From Rotaria sp. (Eukaryota): 11,630 bases of DNA. Position 1 is the stretch's first letter, and the number at the start of each line of letters is the position of its first letter. The DNA is taken from contig CAJNSZ010000152.1 of assembly GCA_905329745.1 (NCBI GenBank), forward strand, positions 152,306 to 163,935, written 5' to 3'. The position numbers were made by a program, and so were the translations under genes. The notes beneath the pieces are model-generated. The model did not search any database and was not told the origin of the DNA. It was given only the letters and a program-made list of their open reading frames with translations. Below, piece after piece: positions 1 to 8,699 of this stretch.

Positions 1-365
1 ACCACGTCTAAAATGTTTCGTTAGCAAAATCTATAAATTATAGTTAGTTAAAAATAGAACGGAATATATCAGTTTTCTTGAAATTGACATGAATACATGT
101 TGGAGAATTTAACAAAAAAGTATTTTGGTTAAATTTAGACAAAAGAGAAATTAATCTGAATTTTTATATTTAAATAATTATGAAAAGTAAAATCTAGAGA
201 CTTTTTAAAAGTAATTTCAACTTTTTCGAACCTTACTTTGTCCATATCGAATGCTACATGGAACAAATATCTCATAAACTTGATCGAGTTTATAAAAATG
301 AAGCGAAAAGTACCAAAATTGTAACTTTCCGGAAATTTAACTGTTCGTCATGAAGTCTATTATTA

Positions 366-460
366 GGGTGTGGGTGTGTCGTCGCCATCCACACTCATAA
401 TCACACCCAGACCCATACCTACATCCCACCTACACCCACACACCCACACACCCACACCAC
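366..460. repeat. Telomere-like TGTGGG/CCCACA block A: short G arm 366-379, C arm 386-460
   Basis: gggtgtgggtgtgt followed by ccatccacactcataatcacacccagacccat...cacccacacacccacaccac. Confidence 0.8.
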
Positions 461-546
461 TATTTTCTGTTCATGAAAGTCAAACATATTTAAGTACCAA
501 AAACCTCTTCAATAAACTATTTTTCATGTAATGCTTATTTATTTAT

Positions 547-684
547 GGGGTGTGGGTGTGGGTGTGGGTGGGTGTGGGTGTGGGTGTGGATGTAGGGGTC
601 TGTGTGCAGTTATTTTCTTTACTTACATCCACACCCAAACAGCCACACCCACACCCACACCCACACCCACACCCCACACCCACA
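547..684. repeat. Telomere-like block B: near-perfect foldback, G arm 547-598, loop 595-623, C arm 624-684
   Basis: ggggtgtgggtgtgggtgtgggtgggtgtgggtgtgggtgtggatgta (547-594) pairs with tacatccacacccaaacagccacacccacacccacacccacacccacacccc (from 624). The non-telomeric TGTGGATGTA (585-594)/TACATCCACA (624-633) is perfectly complementary. Confidence 0.88.
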
Positions 685-1066
685 TATAGATATATGTATG
701 TTTATTGATTTATTGTAGAAAAGAAGGCAATCAAAAATATACATATATATGCCCATTGATTTATTGTAGAAAAAACATTCAAAAATGTAGATATGTTTGT
801 TGGCTTGTTGTAGAAAACAGATCAAAAAGACATATTTATATGTATGTTTATTAATCGATTGTAGAAAGCAAATAAAAAAATATATGTCTGTGTTTATTGA
901 TGTATTGTAGAAAAGAAATAAATAAAAGACTATGTATGTTTATTGATTGATAGTAGAAAAAAATCCAAATACATATATATATATATGTTTATAGATTTAT
1001 TAAAGAAAAAAAATAAAAAAATATATGTGATGATTGATTTATTGTAAAAAGGAAAACAAAAGACAT
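680..1066 (+). repeat. Diverged minisatellite, ~8 copies, period ~42-51 bp (mean ~47)
   Basis: Core TATGTATGTTTATTGATTTATTGTAGAAAA recurs. The TTGTAGAA-like anchor occurs at 713, 764, 808, 859, 905, 951, 1000 and 1042. Confidence 0.85.
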
Positions 1067-1250
1067 AAAATTTATCATCTCTATTTTCCTACTACTAAAG
1101 ATTATTTTAAACGAAATGTTGAAATAATCTCTATCTTTGACTTGTAGAAACTAGAGAAAGATATATTTTAAACTGAACGTATAACTCAATGAGTGTGAAA
1201 TAATGTTTCTCATATTTGCTAATAAATTTCTTTTTATTAATGCTTTTCAG

Positions 1251-1781
1251 ATTGCCTGCTTTTTAGATCCTGTAACTTATCGATTAATGAGTGATAATGA
1301 TAAAAATGTAGCTGAAGCATATATTATTAATGAAGCATATAATCGTAATTTATCTCAACAAATTGTTGTAGATACTACTCTTCCATCTAATACAAATAGT
1401 TCTTCATCAACAACACATTCAGCTAACATCAATAATCAACTACACAATTTCTCAATAGGATGTGGACTTGATCCACCTCCACTTAGTTCAACCAATATTC
1501 GTTCGAATCGAACAATACAAGAAGAAATTGCATATTATATCGACAATGTTAAAAATTTTACAACATTTGAAGAGTTTTGGAAAACTCATCAAATGGAGCT
1601 TCCATGTCTCTCAGCACTTGTTCGATCATTCAATATTCGACCAGTCACATCTGTTCCCAGCGAAAGTTTGTTCAACATTGCTGCTTATGTAAATCAAAAA
1701 CAACGTTCGTCGATGTCTGCAAAGGCACTTCAATAGTCGATGGTACTTCGTGATGCAGATATACTTGCAACTTTATTATGA
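1251..1781 (+). pseudogene. hAT-family transposase, C-terminal exon with hAT dimerisation domain; probable premature TAG at 1734-1736, coding-like sequence continues to TGA at 1779-1781
   Basis: IACFLDPVTYRLMSDND...FWKTHQMELPCLSALVRSFNIRPVTSVPSESLFNIAAYVNQKQRSSMSAKALQ matches the hAT C-terminal signature (TSVPSE.F..A......KRSS.S). After TAG the same frame reads SMVLRDADILATLL*, as expected for the hAT terminus. A polypyrimidine/AG acceptor (ttctttttattaatgcttttcag, AG at 1249-1250) is in phase with the start of similarity. Confidence 0.82.
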
Positions 1782-2094
1782 ATATAAATATTTAGTTAGG
1801 TTTTTTTTGTACTATGTTTTTCTCATTTGATGTCACATGTACTTCAATATAACTGTTGTTATATTTTCATTGATTGTTCTTAGAATTAAAAGAAAATTTT
1901 GTGTCGTATATTCATTAGAAAATGAGCTTGTTATTACATGCTCATTAACCCATTTGTGAAATAAAAAGCATTTGATTATACTATTAGAAAATTACATGAA
2001 GAATTTGTTTATAATTAAAAAAATACTTCTTATCACTGGTCGTGAGACAACTTGTACTTTTTTCTAATACTGATTAGTTGAATCAAAAGTAAAC

Positions 2095-2278
2095 AGGGAT
2101 GTAGTAACTTGCCACTTACCACTTGCTGGTAAGTGGTGAACATCACTACGCAACAATGAATAATTCATAATTAGGATATTCATTAATCAGTGCTATATAG
2201 ATAATTTTCTAATGATTAAAACACTTACCACTTACCTGGTAAGTGGAAGTAGTGGTAAGTGGTAAGTGTGACACCCCT
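2095..2278. mobile_element. Non-autonomous MITE/foldback-like element (~184 bp) with imperfect terminal inverted repeats
   Basis: Left end AGGGATGTAGTAACTTGCCACTTACCACTT versus reverse complement of right end AGGGGTGTCACACTTACCACTTACCACTACTT. Internal perfect stems: CCACTTACCA/TGGTAAGTGG (2112-2136) and a 16-bp stem ACACTTACCACTTACC (2221-2236)/GGTAAGTGGTAAGTGT (2254-2269). No convincing target-site duplication seen. Confidence 0.65.
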
Positions 2279-3323
2279 AATTCAGATCTTTACTACTGAT
2301 GAGAAAAAGTAAATGCAGAGCATTGTGTTTTTTCGGTTACACTGAACATAAATGGCATGTTGTAAGGAAAAAAACATTCTCTCTCAAAACAAATTTTATT
2401 TCAGGAAGAAAAATTCTTTGCCCTTTTATTGATGAAGTTGTTCTGTTTTTTCTTTTTCTTTTGGCAGTATAGCAACAAGTTGGAGAAAACCGAAATCAGA
2501 CTCATGAGCAAGCATATTTAATCGAATTGAGTAAATAACTGTGAGGCTTAGTGTATTTATTCATGTGTTGCGTCAGTAATCTTTTTAAAACTTTTTTTTC
2601 CATGCAAGGTATGATTCATTCCTAGTTTATTCTCGCTTAAACGACTTACTTGCTTCCTTGCTGCATCCTGCACGAGAAAAACAACAGAGTGAGAAACAGT
2701 TAAAAGTAGAGACATGAGTGAAAATCGGAATCATCAAAAAAAAAAGTGCGATTGAAGGAAATATTACTCAATACTGTTAGCGGCACGGTTTGTCCGCCAA
2801 ATACACGCATAACATTTGTCTCTGTTAGGTCCTTTTCCCCCAGTTTCTTTATTCCTTCTTTCTTCACAAAAACAAACAACTGAATCAATCAAAAACAAAA
2901 AGCAGCAAAGAATGTTCTTTCTCTCTTTCTCTCCTCTTCCACCGCTTGGTTCCATCTCCTAACTATGATAGAGGGATAAAGATGGCCGTCTTATGTCAGG
3001 AGATGTCTCTACTGACATAACAGTCTCTGACTATACGTATTAATTTTAAGAGGCTGACATACCTTAAAATTACTGAACAAGTTTATGGATGCTTATTGAT
3101 CATCAGTGATTTTCACTGGTTTCATATTATCTGAGTCATAATAAAAACGATTTTTTCTATCCATCGTGTGCTGGTACATACATGAACGGAATTGAAGTGT
3201 CATCATTTTGTAAGAAATAAAGCACTACATCTAGAAAATATGTACCTTCAGCTATATGAGCAACCGATGGTAATAGTATTTCTCCTATAAAAAAAGTATA
3301 ACAGTTGCTCCTGTTTTTGTTAT

Positions 3324-3410
3324 TGGGTGTGCATGTGTCTATGCGGTGGTGGGTGCGGGTGTGGGTGTAGACGATGAGTATCTTGATACGCACACTCACA
3401 CCCATACCCT
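3324..3410. repeat. Telomere-like block C: G arm 3324-3370, C arm 3390-3410
   Basis: gggtgtgcatgtgtctatgcggtggtgggtgcgggtgtgggtgtag ... gcacactcacacccataccct. Confidence 0.75.
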
Positions 3411-3716
3411 ATGTGAAATTTAGGTATATAAAAACGGATGATCATAAAAACTATTGATACCTTTGTTTTTCTTAGAATTTTTTTTTCATTCTATTAGCTT
3501 CTCGAACCTTTCTTGTGTATATCAGATACATTCGATCTGCACTGATTCTAATGTTATCTAAAAGTTTAATCATATACGTAAATCTGTAAGTTTTGTTTTC
3601 TGTGCTTAAAGCGAGTTCGATTTATTCCGTACACACTTGGTACAATGTATATCAGAGACATTTGAAAACAAACAAAAATAACGCGAAACGGATGAGAAGA
3701 GAAAACGAGAAATAGA

Positions 3717-3890
3717 TGGGTGTGGACGTGGATGTGAGTGTGGGTATAGATATGGGTTTGTAGTCGTTTCAGTTCTTCTTTACCCACACTCGGATCCACA
3801 TTCACACCTCCACACACCAAAACGCGCACACCCACACCAACATCAGCACCCTGAAAGCACACACGCCACACCCAGGCCCACACTCACACT
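3717..3890. repeat. Telomere-like block D: inverted repeat arms 3719-3746 and 3781-3808, degenerate C-rich tail to 3890
   Basis: ggtgtggacgtggatgtgagtgtgggta; its reverse complement matches tacccacactcggatccacattcacacc at 24/28 positions without gaps; 34-nt loop. Confidence 0.85.
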
Positions 3891-3975
3891 ATACAATGAA
3901 ATGGCATCTTGTGTAGATAAAAACCTTCTAAATGGCAGAAACTCATTTACATGTTCCGAAAAGGACTTTGAATAT

Positions 3976-6210
3976 TCATTCTGAAGAACTTGGTTTGATT
4001 GTGACTTTCTGAAGTTTTCGTTTTGTTTCTTTTAAATTTTGTTGATACATTGATAAATACGATTGTTCAAAGGAAGGTAATTGTAATGCCATTTCGTAAG
4101 CCTTTGTGAATTTTTCTAAAGCTTTTTCGTAGTTTCCTTGATTAAAATATACTGCACCACAATTATTATACGTATGAGCAACCTGAAAACTTTTTGACTC
4201 CAATATAGTTGTAAAACTTAATGCATTTTCAAACATATCGATGGCTAAGTAGTTTTTTCCTAGATGAGTATAGCTTGATGCTAAATTACCGAAGTCTATA
4301 AGCAGATCCGGATGACCCTTGGGTAATATATTTTTATTTATTTCCAATGATTTTTCCAGATATTTTATTGCTCTTGACCAATTCGACTTATTATAATATA
4401 AACCACCAAGTTTTGAAAGAACTGTTGCTGTTTGCGAATGATTTGCTGGTAATGATTGATTGCATATTTCGAGTGATTTCTCATAGAAAATCGAAGCTTG
4501 TTCATCATTACCAATCTGTTCAAAACAATGACCAATATTATAAAATAACATCACATAGCTGGGATGAACGATTGGTAAACACTTCTGTTTGAATTCAAGC
4601 GCTTTATTCAAATAACAAAGAGCGCGTTCATAATTGCCGATTTTGATGAACAATACGCCAAGATTACTAATTATGTCAGTAATGCATTCAAGCGTTTTTG
4701 GATGATTATCAATCTGAAATAGCTGAAAGTGAATCTGAAGTCCTGTTTCATAGTAATCTACCGCTTTTCGAGTTGCACCCATTTGAGCATAAACACCAGC
4801 AATATTATTATATGACATGGCGGTATGCGGATGAATTTCGGATAAAATTCTTTTATTTATATTCATTGATTTTTCATAAGCATTCAATGCTTCTTCGTAC
4901 TTGTATTCATCTTTGGCCATTACACCAAGGTTATTATAAATAGATGAAACTTCAACACTATCCTCTAAAGAACTTTGTAGTATAAGATTATAATAGCGTT
5001 TTGCTTTTTCCATTTCTCCCATATCTTGTAAAATTCTTCCTAAAACCACTACCGTTTCTTTTTCTCTCAGTGTCATTTTTTGATAATCAATAAGTTCAAT
5101 TAAGCGTTTATCTTCTTGTTCCGTAAATGTGAGTTTTACAATCCATACGTTATTTTCAATATCAACAGAGACAATTCGAAATATTGTACCCATCGATAGA
5201 AGGATTTCGTTTTCATCCTTCATATAACTATGTCTGCTAACATCAGCAAACGGTTTGGATTTATGACAGAGAGTTGTATCAATAGTCATTACAAATAGAA
5301 CAGAACGTTGGCATGCTGGCCGATTTGTACCATCACCAGCGAATATTGAAGCCACTTCTTTACAAGTGGTTGTCGATAAAAACGTATTCATAGATATTAA
5401 CTGACCAATATTTTCTTTCAAATGTTCTAATTCGGTTAAACCTAGACTTTGACCACGATAAAGAATTAAAGTTGATGGAAAACGTTGTGCGGTGTATAAA
5501 GTGAGTAGTTGTTGATAGAGGTCGACAATAAAAAAGCGAAATTTAAATATATTATCAATATCTTCTGTTCGAAATGCTTGATTCATTAGACGAAAAAGAA
5601 AACAATTCCGTGTGTACCAGAAAATAGCATTTTGCGATTCGTAACATGTATTAAATTCAGTGATTTTTTCTTGTTCACTTTCGTTTTCGTCATAGCTTTT
5701 TCGACTGAGGTCTATTAAATCAGCTTTCGCACTTTCAGTTGAGGATGGTATCCGTATTAGTACATCAATCAATAATTGATACCAAATAAATAAGGCATTT
5801 CCACTTGTCGTTAAATTACGTATTGATTTTTCTTGGCTATTCGAAAATATTGATAGAGGTAATATATCGTTTGGACTGCTATTGATTAACTCATCAATAG
5901 GCATTTGATGGCTGTGATCATACGAAAAACATAGTTTGTTAGCATCTTGAATATGAACACTACTCCCATGGGCATAGATTTTTTCAATTTGTTCCAATCC
6001 ATAAACTAGAGGAATAAGATAATCAACGAAGACACCTGATATTATTAAATAAAACTTATCTTCAAGTCTCGATGTTATATAATCTATACATTTGTCAGCA
6101 TCATCAAAAAGTTTCCATTCTTTCGTGAAATATCGATTTCTCGCTGTCCATTCATTGGCATAATAGAAAATATTGAGATCAAGCCATACGGTAATCAACT
6201 TGCTCTCCAT
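3976..6210 (-). CDS. NAD:arginine ADP-ribosyltransferase (ART) domain protein with C-terminal kinesin-light-chain-like TPR repeats; bdelloid-type multi-domain family
   Basis: Intact 744-aa ORF with ATG at 6208-6210 and TGA at 3976-3978 (minus). ART R-S-E triad: LILYRGQ (R252), NTFLSTT (S279), MKDENEILLSMGTIFRI (E333xE335). C-terminal ~42-aa TPRs, e.g. SYNNIAGVYAQMGATRKAVDYYETGLQIH, VLSKLGGLYYNKSNWSRAIKYLEKSLEINKNILPKGHPD, TYNNCGAVYFNQGNYEKALEKFTKAYEM. The segment IFWYTRNCFLFRLMNQAFRTEDIDNIFKFRFFIVDLYQQL is typical of the bdelloid ART family. Confidence 0.93.
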   Translation of the reverse strand: MESKLITVWLDLNIFYYANEWTARNRYFTKEWKLFDDADKCIDYITSRLEDKFYLIISGVFVDYLIPLVYGLEQIEKIYAHGSSVHIQDANKLCFSYDHSHQMPIDELINSSPNDILPLSIFSNSQEKSIRNLTTSGNALFIWYQLLIDVLIRIPSSTESAKADLIDLSRKSYDENESEQEKITEFNTCYESQNAIFWYTRNCFLFRLMNQAFRTEDIDNIFKFRFFIVDLYQQLLTLYTAQRFPSTLILYRGQSLGLTELEHLKENIGQLISMNTFLSTTTCKEVASIFAGDGTNRPACQRSVLFVMTIDTTLCHKSKPFADVSRHSYMKDENEILLSMGTIFRIVSVDIENNVWIVKLTFTEQEDKRLIELIDYQKMTLREKETVVVLGRILQDMGEMEKAKRYYNLILQSSLEDSVEVSSIYNNLGVMAKDEYKYEEALNAYEKSMNINKRILSEIHPHTAMSYNNIAGVYAQMGATRKAVDYYETGLQIHFQLFQIDNHPKTLECITDIISNLGVLFIKIGNYERALCYLNKALEFKQKCLPIVHPSYVMLFYNIGHCFEQIGNDEQASIFYEKSLEICNQSLPANHSQTATVLSKLGGLYYNKSNWSRAIKYLEKSLEINKNILPKGHPDLLIDFGNLASSYTHLGKNYLAIDMFENALSFTTILESKSFQVAHTYNNCGAVYFNQGNYEKALEKFTKAYEMALQLPSFEQSYLSMYQQNLKETKRKLQKVTIKPSSSE
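4081..5049 (-). other. TPR array (about 7 repeats, kinesin-light-chain-like), approx. aa 388-710
   Basis: Repeated N-[LI]-G/A-x(3)-x-x-x-G-x-Y/W-x-x-A-x-x-x-[YF]-x-x-[SA]-L pattern with ~42-residue period and HP/HS turns between repeats. Confidence 0.9.
5116..5478 (-). other. ART catalytic domain (approx. aa 245-365) with R-S-ExE triad
   Basis: YRGQ ... FLSTT ... ENEILLSMGTIFRIVSVD; spacing and order as in arginine-specific mono-ADP-ribosyltransferases. Confidence 0.9.
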
Positions 6211-6828
6211 TCAATCAAAAAGTGCGCAGACAAACCGTTTCTTGCAAGAAAACAGGACGCAAATGAGTTTTACACATTTTATAATAGAAGAAAGTAAAAA
6301 CAACACAAACGTACAGTTGACAAAAGCATTATTCAAAGCATCGCGACACTTTCTCCACTACTACTATGGCTAAAAAAATAAACAGCCTCGATCATGTGAG
6401 CAAACAATTATAACTGGCATGAGAAAATAGTGAATCAATCATAAAAGTAAAACCATTGTACATTTCTAGTTTTATTCATTTTAACAATGCCGAGGATGAC
6501 GAATCTTGTTGAATTTCAAATCCAAATCCAAATATTTGCACTCAGTCCATATTAACCCTTTCAGTCCCAAATTATTTCTGCTGGTTCCAATTCAAGTAGA
6601 CTGTTAGATTAGCTCATTTTACACACAAACACATGAACGACTATATATCTCCTTTACAGATAGTTGGAGCAGATTATAGAACACTCTTTATTACATCTTT
6701 CCCAGAGAAAGAATTTAATAGCAATTGCAGCAGCTTTAAATTTCATTCTTATTTATTTTAAATTTTATTTCAAATTAATAAAAGATTTATTTATATTTAA
6801 TTCAATAATAGCTTATTTAATAAATTTA

Positions 6829-6954
6829 GGGTGTGGGTGTGGATGTGGGTGGGTGGATGTGGGGTGTGGGTGTAAGTTTGGGTGGGTGTTGGTGAGTGGG
6901 GGTGTGGATGTGGGCTGGGGGTAGGGTGGGGGGGGGGGAGGTTTGGGGGGGGGT

Positions 6955-7007
<53 letters not shown>

Positions 7008-7157
7008 GTGGAATGTGGAGTGTGGTGGATGCTTAGCTGTGGATGGGTATGACTGTCGCTGTGGACGTGGGTACTCAATTCACTGGTACCCATACCCGCA
7101 CCCACACACCACACCCACCCACACCCTCACACCACACCCACACCCACATCCACCCCT
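6829..7157. repeat. Telomere-like block E: G arm 6829-7070 (including 52-nt poly-G), C arm 7086-7157
   Basis: ttagggtgtgggtgtggatgtgggtgggtggatgtggggtgtgggtg... poly-G ... ggatgggtatg...gtgggtac tcaattcactg gtacccatacccgcacccacacaccacaccc...cccacatccacccc. Confidence 0.85.
6955..7006 (+). repeat. 52-nt uninterrupted G homopolymer inside block E
   Basis: Directly read: no interruption between t6954 and t7007. Confidence 0.95.
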
Positions 7158-8018
7158 TTATCAAGAAAAAAATACGTTTTTCCTTTTTGTTTTTTGTAGC
7201 AAATATAGCTTATACATCAATACATCTGGCAGATATCTTACCATGTTCCCTTGATACATTTCTTACTCAACCATCACAAACATTTACATAAACAATTTAT
7301 CTAAATAATGGACCATCGGTAATCGTGATATTTACTATAGAATTTTTATTATAATACAAACAGAAATCATCCAGGTCACTTTTTACAATGTTCATGTTCT
7401 TTTCACTTCTATTTTTTCTTTATACCTCTTACTCATTAGTGAAATTGAATTGTGATTTCTAATTAACCCCAAACACGCACTCTTCCCATATTTTCACTTA
7501 AGTTATTCATATAATCGATGAGTTCATTATACAAACCTAACTCAACATATTTTAATAGATAAATAAACGATAACAAGCATTTCCAAGGGGATTTCTTAAT
7601 ATTTACTGAAAAGAGATTGTCTCAATTATAGTGATTATCAGTCTAAAATCAATCTCAACTCATTGTCACATTAAAGTCAATAATAATACACTGTACTTTC
7701 TTGTCTATTGTACAGAGTATGTTGCTCAGGCAGATTGATATTATCAACAATCCGTACATTTTCGTCATTGCAACATGTATTTCATAAGAATAGATCATTT
7801 ACGTCTTGATAAGTTGTAAAAAGCAACTTTCTTTCAAGATATAAAAATAAAAACACATGACTGGTTTCTTTTTACATTTTTCACTTCTGTATTTGTATTT
7901 ATTTACTTGATATTATCAAGACAGCATAGATTTAAGTATTGCAATTATTATTGTGTGTATAAGAATTGCTTATGCATTCATGACTACGTAACTTTAAGAT
8001 TCATCTATGCTTTTATTG

Positions 8019-8448
8019 AAAATGAGTATAGAAGACGTTCATCAAAATCATTAAAAAGTATATATGATAATAGATATGATGATTTTATTGAAGGAGATGA
8101 AGGAATATTCATTTCATTAGCTACATCTCGACGTTTAAATGATTCACTTCGTGGTGAAGATGATGTTTTCGTTCAGACATGAAAACAATAGTTGCTCATG
8201 AAAATCATCCATTATGGATTACACCAGATGGCCATGTTTTTCTTGAATCATTTTCATCAGCTTATAATCAATCTCATGTTTTTATAATAACTATTGCTGA
8301 TCTTATTAGTCGATCAGAATATATACAAGAACATAAATTATCAGCATTATTTGGATTTATTAAAATATGTACATGAAGTTATGGAAAATTAAAATTAGTA
8401 TTAAAACATAATTGATATTTTATTGAAAGTCCCACTTCAACAGTTTTG
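8019..8448 (+). pseudogene. ERCC3: Fragment of N-terminal region of the TFIIH/NER helicase XPB (ERCC3), degraded
   Basis: HENHPLWITPDGHVFLESFSSAYNQSHVFIITIADLISRSEYIQEHKLSA-LFG-FIKICT*SYGKLKLVLKHN*YFIESPTSTVL* is collinear with the XPB N-terminal region (recalled human: [50 protein letters not shown]...[27 protein letters not shown]). In-frame TGAs at 8374-8376 and 8413-8415, a ~31-residue internal deletion after KLSA, and a frameshift from the upstream ORF (RRRSSKSLKSIYDNRYDDFIEGDEGIFISLATSRRLNDSLRGEDDVF) near 8170. Confidence 0.82.
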
Positions 8449-8560
8449 TGACAGTTTACGCGAACATAGAAGCTGGTTTCATACCTGCAGTTGTAAACAA
8501 ATGACAAAAGTTTTATAGAACAAAGAAGAATATACTACTGAAAAATTATATTGCCAAATC

Positions 8561-8698
8561 CAAAATGTTTGGGTCATTGGAAACCAAATCCAAATCAAAT
8601 TCAAACTAGATCCAAATATCAGATATCAAATTCAAATACGAATTCAAAATAAATCCAAATCTAAATTCGAATATAAACCCCCTAATATCAAACTCCAA
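8561..8698 (+). repeat. Degenerate CAAATC/CAAATT short-period array
   Basis: ccaaatccaaa...aaaccaaatccaaatcaaattcaaactagatccaaatatcagatatcaaattcaaatacgaattcaaaataaatccaaatctaaattcgaa. Confidence 0.75.
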
Positions 8699-8699
8699 A

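Noticed and set aside
619-825. 68-aa minus ORF ending VWVWVWVWVWLFGCGC
   Set aside because: Minisatellite plus telomere-like repeat translation.
2700-2955. Minus ORFs of 62-63 aa
   Set aside because: Short, low-complexity, no recognisable homology; chance ORFs in AT-rich DNA.
2991-3020. TTATGTCAG / CTGACATAA 9-bp inverted repeat with 12-nt spacer
   Set aside because: Short stem of a type expected by chance in 11 kb; no associated feature.
3566-3883. 105-aa minus ORF (MWAWVWRVCFQGADVGVGVRVL...)
   Set aside because: Starts in the C-rich block D and lacks any recognisable domain; repeat-derived.
4347-4943. Plus-strand ORFs 4347-4592 and 4698-4943
   Set aside because: Antisense to the well-supported ART-TPR coding sequence; no domain similarity.
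6797-7254. ORFs 6797-7114 (-) and 6943-7254 (+) encoding poly-Pro / poly-Gly proteins
   Set aside because: Translation artefacts of the poly-G and GTGTGGG repeat; no complex sequence.
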